DNA of 64,000 nt from an uncultured Gammaproteobacteria bacterium (GCA_963807845.1 CAWEDS010000001.1:32368-96367); one strand, 5' to 3'; shown: positions 52,742 to 63,253, counted from the first letter of the stretch. A program made the numbers and translations. Notes: generated by a model from the sequence alone, not told the origin.

Positions 52742-53436
52742 AAGCTGGCCTGGCTAACGCTTTTCGTGCTGGGTTGCGCGACAGCGCAGGCACAGCGCCC
52801 GACCGTGGCGCCATCGCACTTCCCTGATTCGCGTACCCTGACGGTGCAGCGAAAGGTCGACGAGCTGTTCGAGCGGGGCGACTACGAGCGAGCGTATTTC
52901 ATCTATCGCAACGAACTCGCGCCGGCGGGTGACAAATACGCGCAATACATGATTGGCTACATGCACCTGATGGGCATGGGAGCGGCAGAGGATCCGGGCG
53001 CTGCGTTTGCCTGGTACCGGCTGGCCGCGGAGCGCGGTACCGCAGAATTTGCGGCGGTCCGCGACCAGTTGGGCCGTGATCTCGACGCCAGTCAACGCCG
53101 CCGTGCGGACGCGTTATACCCGGAGCTGCGGCGGGAATACAGCGACCTCGTCGTGTTGCTGGCGGCAATAAAGCGCGATCTTCGCGAGCTCAAGGCCAAG
53201 TCCGGCTCACGACTTGCGGGTCGAACCAACCCGATGACCGTCGTCGACAGTCGCCGCCGGTGAGCGTGAGATCCGGTTCCGACTATTACGGTCGCATTCG
53301 CCGGCAGCTCGAGGCGAACCTTAAGACGCTTGCCGCGCTGGGTAACTTCCCGGATATGCAGACCGATCCCGATCGCGTTGACTTTGACCAGGTCGAACGG
53401 CTGGTCGCGCGGCGACTGGAGTCGATGGACGACTAG
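52742..53436 (+). pseudogene. Sel1-repeat (TPR-like) secreted protein; frame break ~53260; start uncertain
   Basis: KLAWLTLFVLGCATAQA signal-like. AQYMIGYMHLMGMGAAEDPGAAFAWYRLAAERG (Sel1 repeat). The tail SGSDYYGRIRRQLEANL... is in another frame. There is an in-frame TAG at 52739 after a possible GTG at 52727. Confidence 0.55.
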
Positions 53437-54029
53437 TTCGGCTGACGGTCGCAAGCCCTGTGTCAGGATGCGCGGGAATTCGCTGATGATCTTGCGGCCT
53501 GTCTGCTGGTCGCCGTGATACCACTTCGGAATCCAGTTAATCGATCCCATGATGGCGTTGCCGGTCATGCGCACGTCGCAGGGCGCGATGCTGCCGTCCT
53601 CGATGCCCGTCGTCCAGCAGCTGCTCGAAGCGAGCGCTGTGACGGCGCGAGAGCTCGAGCACCTCCGTTCGGTGCGCCGGCTTCAGTGACGGAATTTCGC
53701 TCATGATCGCGATCGGGCCCCGTTCGCCGACCATGATCTCGATGTGATAGCGGAGGTATCGGTGCACCGTGTCCAGGCCGCTGCCTCCCTCGCGCTCGGC
53801 ACGCTGCATCGCTTCCCGACCGACTTCGGCGGCGCGTAGGTAGCAGAGGTAGACCAGTTCTTCCTTGTTGCGCACGTAATAGTAGAGCGCCGCATCGGTC
53901 AGGCCGAGGCGCGGCGACGTCTTTGAGCGACGAGCCGCTGTAGCCTTTTTCGTTGAAACAGTGCGCGGCGGCCCGCAGCATGCGGTCTTTCTGCAGCTCG
54001 AAACGCGTCTCGTCGGCTTTCTGGCCCAT
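53434..54029 (-). pseudogene. TetR-family transcriptional regulator, two frame changes; 3' end uncertain
   Basis: MGQKADETRFELQKDRMLRAAAHCFNEKGYSGSSLKDVA (HTH). The remainder is in ORFs 53537..53875 and 53092..53574 (GNAIMGSINWIPKWY). The gene is divergent from icmF. Confidence 0.7.
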
Positions 54030-54096
54030 GATCGTCCCTTGCCCTGTTGCCTTGATTCGCGTGTCGTGCACTTGAGTTAACGTGCCATCTGCATTA

Positions 54097-54114
54097 TTTT
54101 AATCCAGATTAAAA
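54097..54114. promoter_or_regulatory. 8+2+8 palindrome in the TetR / icmF divergent spacer (candidate TetR operator)
   Basis: ttttaatc ca gattaaaa has perfect 8-bp arms. It is strongly AT-rich in a GC-rich locus and lies between start codons 54029 (-) and 54203 (+). Confidence 0.4.
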
Positions 54115-54202
54115 TTTTTTCAATACCAAAAGTGCTTGATTATTCTGAACTTTCTGCCTGAAGGCGGAGCGTTCCGTCGCGTTTACGCGCAGGAGATGAT
54201 GC

Positions 54203-57200
54203 ATGGGTACCGCAGCCACTGACCTGCCGGGCGTCTCCGGGAACCGCAACACCGCGCCGCTGCGCTTCGTCACAGCCGCGTCGCTGTTCGACGGCCACGA
54301 CGCCGCGATCAACATCATGCGCCGCCTGATCCAGGCGCAGGGCGCCGAGGTCATCCATCTCGGCCACAACCGCAGCGTCGACGACATCGTGCGCGCCGCG
54401 ATCCAGGAAGACGCCGACGGCATCGCGATCAGTTCCTACCAGGGCGGCCACATCGAGTTCTTCCGCTACATGATCGACCGGCTCGCGAGCTCGGTGCCCG
54501 CCACATCCGGGTCTTCGGCGGCGGCGGCGGCACGATTACGCCCGAGGAGATCAAAACGCTGATGGACTACGGCGTCGAGCGCATCTACCACCCGCACGAC
54601 GGCATGGAGCTGGGTCTCGAGGCGATGATCGCTGACCTGATCGAGCGCACCGCCACGGCGCGCCGTCCGGCGACAACGCCGGCCAGGCCCGAGTCCAACG
54701 TCGACATCGCCGCGATGATTTCGGCGATCGAAGCCGGCATGTTCGCCGACGCGGAACTTATGACGCTGCGCAAGGAATGGCAGGTGCAGGCAGGGCAAGC
54801 GCCGGTCGTCGGCATCACCGGCACCGGCGGCGCGGGCAAGAGCAGCGTCACCGACGAAATTCTCAATCGTTTCCTGACGAGTTTCCCGAGCATGCGCATC
54901 GCGGTGCTCGCCGTCGATCCGACGCGGCGTCGCACCGGCGGCGCGCTGCTGGGCGACCGCATTCGCATGAACTCGCTGCGTTCCGATCGCGTCTACATGC
55001 GCTCGATCGCGACGCGTCGCCAGCACCTGGCGACCAGCGAAATGCTGGGCGACCACATCCTGTTCCTGAAGTCGCGTCGGCTTCGACCTGGTCATCGTCG
55101 AGACGGCCGGCATCGGCCAGAGCGACAGCGAGATCGTCGACCTGGTCGATTTTTCGGTGTACGTCATGACCAGCGAATACGGCGCGGCGAGCCAGCTCGA
55201 GAAAATCGACATGCTCGATTTCGCCGACCTGATCGTGCTCAACAAGTACGACAAGCGCGGCGCCGAAGACGCGCTGCGCGACGTGCGCAAGCAGTGGAAA
55301 CGCAATCACGTCGCGTTCGACGTCAACGACGACGACGTGCCGGTTTATCCCGACCATCGCCAGCCAGTTCAACGATCCCGGCGTCAGCTGGATGTTCGCC
55401 GAGCTGTGCCGTCTCGTGGCCGGCAAGGTCGGGGCTCGACGTGGACAAGTGGACGCCGGACATCGACACGTCGATTCGTGAGCCGCGCGCGACGGCGATG
55501 ATTCCCGGCGCGCGCATTCGCTATCTTGCCGAGATTGCGGAGCAGGGCGCGCGATATCAACGCGCGCCGACAGCCAGGCGCGAGACGGCGAGTCGCGCGC
55601 AGCACCTGTACGAGGCGCTGCGCATCCTGGACGACCCGCTGTTGCCGGCAGAACTTCGAACGCTATCCGGCAGAAGCGCTGGCCGACGGCAGCGACCGCA
55701 GCCTGCTGCTGCTCCGGCAGCGCTACCAGGAGGCGCGTCAGTGACCTGTCGGCCGAGTCACTCGCAGCTGCTGAGGGAATGGCCCGAGCGCAAACGCGGC
55801 GTGCGCGACGAGAAATACAGCTACACGGTGCGCGGCCGGGAGATCACCGGCGACAACTTACCGCGAGAGCCTGAGCCACCAGAAGATTCCGAAGATCGCG
55901 GCGCCGGATTTCACCGACTGGGGCGAACTGCTGCAGCTTCCTGATGCAAGGAAAACCTGCCGGGCGCCTATCCGTACACCGGCGGCGTGTATCCGTACCG
56001 GCGCGCTCGGCGAGGATCCGACCCGCATGTTCGCCGGCGAGGGCACGCCGGAGCGAACCAACCGGCGTTTTCACTACCTGTCGCGCGGCCAGGACGCGGC
56101 GCGCCTGTCGACGGCGTTCGATTCGGTGACGCTGTACGGCGAGGATCCGCACGAGCGACCCGACATCTACGGCAAGGTCGGCAACTCCGGCGTGTCGATC
56201 GCGACGGTCGATGACATGAAGAAGTTGTATTCGGGCTTCGACCTGTGCGCGCCGACCACGTCGGTGTCGATGACGATCAACGGTCCGGCGCCGATGATCC
56301 TCGCGTTTTTCATGAACACGGCGATCGACCAGCAGGTCGAAAAACACCTGCGTGAAACCGGCGGCTGGGACGCGGCCAAGAAAAAGATCGATCAGTACTT
56401 CGCGGACAAGCAGCGGCCGCGCTACGTCGGCGAACTGCCGCCCGGCAACGACGGCCTCGGTCTCGGGCTGCTCGGCATCTCCGGCGAACAGCTTGTCGAT
56501 GCACAAACCTACGCGCGCATCCGCAAGGAGACGATGGCCGCCGTGCGCGGCACGGTGCAGGCGGATATTCTCAAAGAAGACCAGGCGCAGAATACCTGCA
56601 TCTTCTCGACCGAATTCGCGATGAAAATGATGGGCGACGTGCAGCAGTTCTTCATCGACAACAACGTGCGCAATTACTACAGCGTCTCGATCAGCGGTTA
56701 TCACATCGCCGAAGCCGGCGCGAACCCGATCAGCCAGCTGGCGTTCACGCTTGTCGAACGGGTTCACGATCGTCGAGTACTACCTGGCGCGCGGCATGGA
56801 TATCGACGAGTTTGCGCCGAACCTGAGCTTCTTCTTTTCCAACGGCATGGATCCGGAATACTCGGTGATCGGTCGCGTCGCGCGCCGCATCTGGGCGCGC
56901 GCGATGCAAGAGCGCTACGGCGCGAGCGCGCGCTCGCAGATGCTGAAATACCACGTGCAGACCTCCGGTCGCAGCCTGCACGCGCAGGAGATCAGCTTTA
57001 ACGACATTCGCACGACGCTGCAGGCGCTGTACGCGCTGTTCGACAACTGCAACAGCCTGCACACGAACGCGTTCGACGAGGCCATAACGACGCCGACCGA
57101 GCAGTCGGTGCGCCGTGCGGTCGCGATCCAGCTGATTATTTCACGCGAGCTCGGCCTGAATTTCTGCGAAAACCCCTGGCAGGGGTCGTTCATCATCAAC

Positions 57201-57650
57201 GAGCTGACCGACCTCGTCGAAGAAGCGGTCTACCAGGAGTTCGAACGCATCTCGGAGCGCGGCGGCGTGCTCGGCGCGATGGACACCATGTACCAGCGCG
57301 GCAAGATCCAGGAAGAGAGCCTGTACTACGAGAGCAAGAAGCACGATGGCTCGCTGCCGCTTATCGGCGTGAATACCTTCCTGCCGCGGGAAGGGCAGGA
57401 AGATGAGGTCCACGAGCAGGAGCTCATCCGTTCGTCGGACGACGAAAAGAACGACCAGATTCGCCACGTCAGGGCGTTCCAGGACAACCACCGCGAGGCA
57501 AGCAGCGACGCGCTGGCGCGTCTGCAGTCCGTCGCGCGCGAACGCGGCAACGTTTTCGCGGAGCTCATGGAAACGGTGAAATCCAGCTCGCTCGGCCAGA
57601 TTTCCGCGGCGCTCTACGACGTCGGCGGCGAATACCGCCGCAACATGTAG
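54203..57650 (+). pseudogene. icmF: fused isobutyryl-CoA mutase IcmF (B12-binding domain + MeaB-like GTPase + mutase domain), at least seven frame changes
   Basis: [11 protein letters not shown] (DxHxxG), GITGTGGAGKSS and VLNKYD (G-domain). The mutase part is in ORFs 56027.. and 56751.. (AFTLVE.., [19 protein letters not shown]). Confidence 0.85.
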
Positions 57651-57825
57651 GCTGCAGGCTTTGGTGGCAACATCGGTAGCGTAATGGAAGCCCGGCAACA
57701 ATCGACGTGCCGCCATCGTGGTTTTTACCAACCTGCTCTGTGGAAAGACCGCCCTGATTCAGGGGCGGTGTCGAGTAAGATTGCCCCACCTTTCTAACAG
57801 ATGTCCTTCCAGGGCAGAGGCCTCC

Positions 57826-59181
57826 ATGGGATTCGAAACCACAGCGCGCAACCGTTGGCTCATTGTCGTCGGCGCAATACTGATCCAGCTGGCGCTGGGC
57901 GCGATTTACGCCTGGTCGGTTTTCACCGCCAGGCTGACCGATGCAGCCGGTGCCTATGCCTTCAGCGCAAGCCAGACGGCCTGGGTCTTCTCGGCCGGTC
58001 TCGCCACGTTCGCCATTGTCATGGTGCTGGCCGGGCGCGTGCTGCCGCGCGTCGGACCTCGCCTGCTGACCATAGCGGGCGGTCTCCTGTTGGGCGGCGG
58101 CTACGTACTGGGTGGCTTCTACGGCGACAGCTTCTGGGTGCAGTTGCTCACTATCGGCGTTATCGGCGGTGCCGGCATTGGCCTTGCTTACGTAGTGCCG
58201 ATCTCGGTTTGCGTCAAGTGGTTCCCTGACAAGAAGGGCCTGATCACTGGCCTGGCGGTGGCCGGTTTCGGATTTGGCGCAACCATCTGGGTCAAACTCG
58301 CCGGATCCTGGTTTGGCGGTTTGTTGAATACGACCAGCGTTTTCGGCCTGCCTGGCGTGCAAAGCGTGTTCGTGATTTACGGCTTCGCGCTGGCCGCGCT
58401 CGTGCTGCTGGGCAGCGTGGTTATGATCAATCCGCCGGACGACTACGTGCCGGCAGGCTGGTCGCCGCCGGTTACCGAGAACAACGACCACGAGGGGGCG
58501 GTGGAATTCCGGGCGCGCGACATGCTGCGCACGCCACAGTTCTACATGCTCTGGCTGGTTTTCATGTTCGCCGGCGTATCGGGGCTCATGGTCATCTATT
58601 GCATCAAGCTGTTCGGCATCGACGCGCTGGAGCATCACGGGGTCACCGGCGCCGGAGCAATCACCGGCACGGCTATGGCCTGGTACGCCATTTTTAACGG
58701 TGTTGGCCGCATCGCCTGGGGCAGCGTCTCCGACAGAATTGGCCGCAAGACGACGATCACGCTGATGGCCGCGCTGCAGGGCGTCACCATGCTGATGACC
58801 TACCACGTGTTCATCAGTTTTGGTCTTGTCTACGGATTTATCGTGGTCGCCGCGCTGATCGGCTTCAACTATGGGGGCAGCTTCGCGCTGTTCCCGGCTA
58901 TAACGGCGGACTATTTTGGCAACAAGAACGTTGGCAGCAACTACGGCTGGATGTTCACGGCTTACGGTGTGGCGGGCCTCGCCGGGCCACTGCTGGCGGG
59001 CTACTTCAAGGACGCCGCCCAGGGTGCGGCGCAGCCGGCGGTATGGATGACACCCTTTATCATTGCTGGCGGAGTGTGCCTGCTGGGTGCCGTTATCATG
59101 GCGTTCACGACTCGGCCACGGCGCGCGCCGCCGCCCGCATCCGCTGGAAACCGAAGAAAACTGGCTACTGAAAGCGCCTGA
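57826..59181 (+). CDS. MFS transporter, oxalate/formate antiporter (OFA)-like family
   Basis: Uses the internal Met MGFETTARNRWLIVVGAILIQLALGAIYAWSVF. About 12 TM segments, and the ORF is intact. Confidence 0.75.
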   Translation: MGFETTARNRWLIVVGAILIQLALGAIYAWSVFTARLTDAAGAYAFSASQTAWVFSAGLATFAIVMVLAGRVLPRVGPRLLTIAGGLLLGGGYVLGGFYGDSFWVQLLTIGVIGGAGIGLAYVVPISVCVKWFPDKKGLITGLAVAGFGFGATIWVKLAGSWFGGLLNTTSVFGLPGVQSVFVIYGFALAALVLLGSVVMINPPDDYVPAGWSPPVTENNDHEGAVEFRARDMLRTPQFYMLWLVFMFAGVSGLMVIYCIKLFGIDALEHHGVTGAGAITGTAMAWYAIFNGVGRIAWGSVSDRIGRKTTITLMAALQGVTMLMTYHVFISFGLVYGFIVVAALIGFNYGGSFALFPAITADYFGNKNVGSNYGWMFTAYGVAGLAGPLLAGYFKDAAQGAAQPAVWMTPFIIAGGVCLLGAVIMAFTTRPRRAPPPASAGNRRKLATESA

Positions 59182-59199
59182 TTACCGGCACCGGGCGCC

Positions 59200-60150
59200 T
59201 TACGGGGCAAGAAACGGGAATTCCTCGTTCGCGACACGCAACAGGGCGGCGATGACCTCGGTCCGGTCGGGTTCTACGTGCGGGCCGTCTGTAAAACGCA
59301 GGCGTTTGGGTTCCCCCGCAAGTTCGTGCAGCCGTGTCACCTCTGCGATGGGAGTCCGCTCATCATCGCGTGCGCCGACGATGAGTACCGGGCGCGGCGC
59401 GATCCTGGCAACGTTCGCGCCGGTATCCATTGCCGGCCCGTAGGCGAGCCAGTAAAGAATCGTCGCCACGGGATCGTGCAGGATCCGCGCGTCCAGCCGG
59501 CGTGCGACCTGTACCTTCAGCCATTGGCGATTGTCGGCAGCGCCGTGCACCAGCATCAGGCCGGTGATGCGTTGGTCGCGCGCGGCGGCCGACGCGGCAA
59601 ACGGCACGCCGAGGCTTGCACCGACGAGCACAATTCTCTGTTGGTCGACCCACGGCTGCTCATAGCAGCCAGTCGAGAACGAGTGACAGGGCGGGCGTCG
59701 TATCCAACATCGCTTTCCTCGCCACAGGCAAGGTCTTTAGCACGGCGACAAACCCTTTGACCTTGTCGGGCCCGGCGTAGGGGTAGTCAATACTGACGAT
59801 CGCGCGATCCTTGGTACGAGCAAAAAGATCGACCGCATCGCCGCCCGTCCGGTGTCCGCCCAGTATCAATAACAGTGGCAGCCGCACGCCCTCTGTTTCC
59901 GGGCGTAGCACACGAAGGTCAACCTGCAGTCCGGAGTCAGATTTCAGGCGCAGCGACGCGGAAATCTGCTGGTCTCCCGCAGCGCGTTCCGTTGCAATCA
60001 CGGTCTCGACATGGCCCTGGCGCGTGCCAAACCACTCCTCTCGGGGCCGATGCGCGTCCCACCGCAGCCAGGCAAGGAAAAGCACAACGGTAGCAAGGGT
60101 CAATAGCGTCGGATAAAAGACGAGCAGGCGAAGCGTGGTGCTATGTTTCA
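59200..60150 (-). pseudogene. alpha/beta hydrolase (dienelactone-hydrolase-like) with N-terminal TM anchor, one frame break ~59650
   Basis: GTG start 60150 (VKHSTTLRLLVFYPTLLTLATVVLFLAWL). PLLLILGGHRTGG, then in the next frame RIVLVGASLGVPFA (GxSxG) and VGARDDERTP. Confidence 0.65.
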
Positions 60151-60428
60151 CCAGTGGCCTCGCGACGCACCGATTCCTGCGAGAAGATTTTGAACGGTCA
60201 TCATGGTTGCGCCAGATCCTATCATCGGCTGGCGGCAAGGGCGCACCTTCCGTCGTAGCGGAGGGAGGCTGTCTTTCCATTGCGGGTGTTGTCGGCGGCC
60301 GGTCGCGTGGGGCAAGATCTCGCAATAGGGAAATCGCAAAAAAGAGTTGTTGGGAACGCAGTCTTTTGCCTCGCGATCTTGTCGTGTTTCTTTCAGACGA
60401 ATCTCTGCGTGAAGGGCTCGCCACAAGC

Positions 60429-60680
60429 GTGCGGGATGGTATCAATTTGATAAACCAAACTAGCTATCAGCAATCCATTGATTATGATTGCCTGGCGAAT
60501 ATATCGGTTGATAGCAATATCGTCCAAACACTAAACTCCGGAGAAGTTGATAATGTTCTCTTGCTCATGGAAGAGCCGGGGCAACTGGCTATTGCCGACG
60601 GTGCGGTTGCGTACTCAGCCTACCTGCAGATATTAAGGCTTATGCGATCGGGTTTCGATGATCTCGGCAATCCCAACTAG
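60429..60680 (+). CDS. hypothetical small protein (weak call)
   Basis: Only the low-GC 3' third of ORF 60135..60680 looks protein-like (INLINQTSYQQSIDYDCLANISVD...LLLMEEPGQLAIADGAV). GTG 60429 or TTG 60446 could be the start. No family recognised. Confidence 0.2.
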   Translation: MRDGINLINQTSYQQSIDYDCLANISVDSNIVQTLNSGEVDNVLLLMEEPGQLAIADGAVAYSAYLQILRLMRSGFDDLGNPN

Positions 60681-60701
60681 CGACGTGCTGGCGACGGCGG
60701 C

Positions 60702-60790
60702 AATCGGGGTCAGACCGAGGTTTTCAACCACTGACGCGAGTTTCCTGTGGCATGTTGTGCGAGTTCCGAAACTTCGGTCTGACCCCGATT
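60702..60790. repeat. 19-bp inverted repeat (18/19) flanking a 51-nt spacer, upstream of the DUF4019-like gene
   Basis: aatcggggtcagaccgagg (60702-60720) pairs with cttcggtctgaccccgatt (60772-60790). There is a nested small hairpin ccgaaacttcgg. Confidence 0.6.
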
Positions 60791-60830
60791 TTCCACATAT
60801 CAGCCTGTCGCAATTTGGAGAAGTTACGTT

Positions 60831-61247
60831 ATGAAACGTTTGCTCAGTACCGCTTTGATTTTCGCCTTGATCGCGTTTTCGGCCCAAGCAAGCGAGCCCG
60901 AAGCGATCGAAGAGGCACAAGTAGAAACCGTGGCATGGCTCGCTCTGACGGATACCGGGCAGTACGAATCGAGCTGGGAGTCAGCATCGGTGCTATTCAA
61001 GGCTGCTATCCCCAAAGAGGACTGGGAGAAGTCCTTGAGCGCTGTGCGAACGCCAATCGGCGCGCTCGGAACGCGCGAGGTGGCCAGGTCAATGTTCAGC
61101 AAAACGTTGCCTGGTGCACCTGATGGAGAGTACGTCGTGTTCCAGTTCAATTCAGTGTTCGAGCACAAAGCTAAAGCTCTTGAGACGGTGACGGCTATGA
61201 AGGACCCGGATGGAATATGGCGAGTGGCCGGCTACTTCATCAAGTGA
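60831..61247 (+). CDS. secreted DUF4019-like protein
   Basis: Signal peptide MKRLLSTALIFALIAFSAQA. WLALTDTGQYESSWESAS...LPGAPDGEYVVFQF...GIWRVAGYFIK matches my memory of DUF4019. Confidence 0.6.
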   Translation: MKRLLSTALIFALIAFSAQASEPEAIEEAQVETVAWLALTDTGQYESSWESASVLFKAAIPKEDWEKSLSAVRTPIGALGTREVARSMFSKTLPGAPDGEYVVFQFNSVFEHKAKALETVTAMKDPDGIWRVAGYFIK

Positions 61248-61306
61248 GTCAGGCAGCGTCCTCACCGGATGCCGGAACGCTTGCTTGGTGCTAAAAGCGG
61301 AAGTTC

Positions 61307-61360
61307 GAATCTAGGGATAAGGAATGACCGCTGCTGAGTGCAACCGCTAGCAGTCCGTCG
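61307..61360 (+). repeat. intergenic repeat unit 1 (extended form)
   Basis: gaatctagggataaggaATGACCGCTGCTGAgtgcaaccgctaGCaGtCcgTcg. It shares the 5' extension with unit 3. Confidence 0.55.
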
Positions 61361-61375
61361 AGTGATAAACTAACG

Positions 61376-61406
61376 GATGACGGCGACTCGCCCAAAGCGG
61401 GTGTAC
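61376..61406 (+). repeat. intergenic repeat unit 2
   Basis: gATGACGGCgaCTcGcCCaaaGCgGgtgTac. Confidence 0.5.
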
Positions 61407-61427
61407 TCAAAAAAAAGGAACTCGTGC

Positions 61428-62054
61428 ATGGCTACGGACACATGGTTGCTGTACGTCGGCACAGTGTTGATATTTATGAGTACGCCGGGCCCTAGCCACC
61501 TGTTGATGCTCTCCGTAAGCCTGTCGAACGGATTTCATCGGGCGCTTGCGACTGCCGCCGGTGACTTGTCCGCAAACGCAATCCAGATACTGCTGGCGGG
61601 GCTGGGACTGGCCGCCGTAGTTACCGCCTCGCGCTACGGTTTTGCCGTCATCAAGTGGGCAGGTGTTTCGTACCTGGTTTGGGTTGGTATACGACAGATC
61701 GTGGCTTCATTCCGAGGAAGAAGTGCCTCCTCGGAGGTGCCTCTCATTACGCTTCGACAACTATGGTTCCGTGGCTTTGTGACGTCCGCCGCAAACCCAA
61801 AGGCGGTTGTATTTTTCGCCGCGCTGTTTCCCCAGTTTCTGGACCCACAGTACTCACTCGTCCCGCAAATCGCGGTTTTGGGCGTAACTTACATCGCGAT
61901 TGACGGATGTTTCCTTGCCTCGTACGGCAAAGGTGCCAGCTGGATAGCGACAAAATTACGTAGTCAAAATAAAGTCTGGGTCGACCGAGCGGCAGGAGTA
62001 TGCCTGATTACCGCAGCTCTGCTTCTCGGTCTAAGGACGAACGAACATAAATGA
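61428..62054 (+). CDS. LysE/RhtB-family amino-acid efflux translocator
   Basis: Uses the internal Met MATDTWLLYVGTVLIFMSTPGPSHLLML. NPKAVVFFAALFPQF. About 6 TM segments. Confidence 0.75.
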   Translation: MATDTWLLYVGTVLIFMSTPGPSHLLMLSVSLSNGFHRALATAAGDLSANAIQILLAGLGLAAVVTASRYGFAVIKWAGVSYLVWVGIRQIVASFRGRSASSEVPLITLRQLWFRGFVTSAANPKAVVFFAALFPQFLDPQYSLVPQIAVLGVTYIAIDGCFLASYGKGASWIATKLRSQNKVWVDRAAGVCLITAALLLGLRTNEHK

Positions 62055-62088
62055 AGGGCTGCTTCACCTCGCATAGCAGCCGCTCGAA

Positions 62089-62132
62089 GAATCTACGGTA
62101 AGATGACGGCTGCTGACCCGTTGCAGACATCG
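62089..62132 (+). repeat. intergenic repeat unit 3 (extended form)
   Basis: gaatctacggtaagATGACGGCTGCTGAcCCgttGCaGACATcg. Confidence 0.6.
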
Positions 62133-62279
62133 CGTGAGTCATTATGTAAGAATATGTACATCCCCGAATTGACGCGATTCTCCTATCGGCGCATACAATT
62201 TAGTTGCATCCGACAATGGCGAATCTAGCCAAAGCTAGTGGCTGAATGACTTCTTTGGCAGATGCCGAGGAGAGTCAAC

Positions 62280-63128
62280 ATGAAGCCTACAAATATGTTC
62301 GCGCCGTTCCTGGTAGTCCTCGGCTTGCTCTGCCCACTTGTTGTGATCGTGCCCATCGCCCACGCGCAAACGTCGATCTCGACCGATGGCGTCATCGAAT
62401 CCAAGGAGGGCGGCTTCATGTTCCCGGATGGCTCGATGCAAACGACCGCTGCGCCGGATACGCAACCTTTTCCGCCCATTAATTTTGGACAGTCTTGCGT
62501 ACCAAATGTTTTCGTCACAGGTTTTGATCAACTCGGGAACATCATCTGTTCAGACGGTTCAATAGGCGGTGTGCCTGTAGTGGGTGCCGACTGTCCAGAC
62601 CTCAGCACTGTTGGTTACGACCTGAGCGGCGTCGATCTGAGCGGTGCCGACCTACGAAACTGCATCCTCGCCAATGTCCTTCTGACTGGTGCCAACCTGA
62701 GTGGTGCCGACCTGCGAGGTGCTACCTTGGGGGGGAGCAGCTTGGTCGATGCCAACCTCGCCGGTGCTAACCTGAGCAACGTAAACCTGACGGTTACCGG
62801 TCTGCTTAACGCCGATTTTAGCGATGCCATACTGAGTTTCGCCAACCTGAGCGGCGTCAATCTGATCGGTGCAATTTTAACCCGCGCTGACTTGAGGAAT
62901 GCCAACCTGAGCGGCGCCTATCTGTTCGGTGTCGACATAAGTTATGCTGACCTGACAGGCGCCGACATTAACGATGTAAACCTGACCAATGCCGACTTGA
63001 CCGGTGCCGTGCTGACCGTTGCCGAAATAATTGGTATTCCCATCATATGGGCGAACACGACTTGCCCAGACGGTTCAAATAGCGATGACGATGATGGAGA
63101 CTTTTTTACGTGTTCTAACAATCTATGA
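62280..63128 (+). CDS. secreted pentapeptide-repeat protein
   Basis: RBS gaggag. Signal peptide MKPTNMFAPFLVVLGLLCPLVVIVPIAHA. About 170 aa of A(D/N)LxG-type pentapeptide repeats (GADLRNCILANVLLTGANLSGADLRGATLGG...) with Cys-containing N- and C-terminal caps. Confidence 0.8.
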   Translation: MKPTNMFAPFLVVLGLLCPLVVIVPIAHAQTSISTDGVIESKEGGFMFPDGSMQTTAAPDTQPFPPINFGQSCVPNVFVTGFDQLGNIICSDGSIGGVPVVGADCPDLSTVGYDLSGVDLSGADLRNCILANVLLTGANLSGADLRGATLGGSSLVDANLAGANLSNVNLTVTGLLNADFSDAILSFANLSGVNLIGAILTRADLRNANLSGAYLFGVDISYADLTGADINDVNLTNADLTGAVLTVAEIIGIPIIWANTTCPDGSNSDDDDGDFFTCSNNL

Positions 63129-63162
63129 TCAGCCTTATCCTTCAAATCAGAGTTGACCCCGA

Positions 63163-63187
63163 CCCCGCCCTCGTGGCGGGGTTTTCT
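63163..63187 (+). terminator. rho-independent terminator after the pentapeptide-repeat gene
   Basis: ccccgcc / ggcgggg stem with a 5-nt loop, followed by ttttctt. Confidence 0.7.
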
Positions 63188-63195
63188 TATGCGAC

Positions 63196-63225
63196 GACGG
63201 TCCGCTTCTGGCCGACTGCCGTCGG
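63196..63225 (+). repeat. intergenic repeat unit 4
   Basis: gacggtCCGCTtCTGGcCgactGCcGtCgg, with self-complementary ends cgacgg / ccgtcg. Confidence 0.5.
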
Positions 63226-63253
63226 TTTGTTTGCTGAAATTTAGCGCGGGACT

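Noticed and set aside
61290-61315. tRNA T-arm-like string aagttcgaatcta, a possible tRNA or tRNA-fragment integration site at the low-GC segment.
   Set aside because: The flanking bases cannot form T-stem, acceptor or anticodon stems. No cloverleaf can be drawn, so the match to GTTCGAATC is probably chance.
62560-63000. Strong ~15/30-nt nucleotide periodicity (ggtgccgacctg / ggtgccaacctg ...), which could be mistaken for a tandem repeat or CRISPR-like array.
   Set aside because: It lies inside an intact ORF and simply encodes A(D/N)LxG pentapeptide repeats. There are no constant-length unique spacers.
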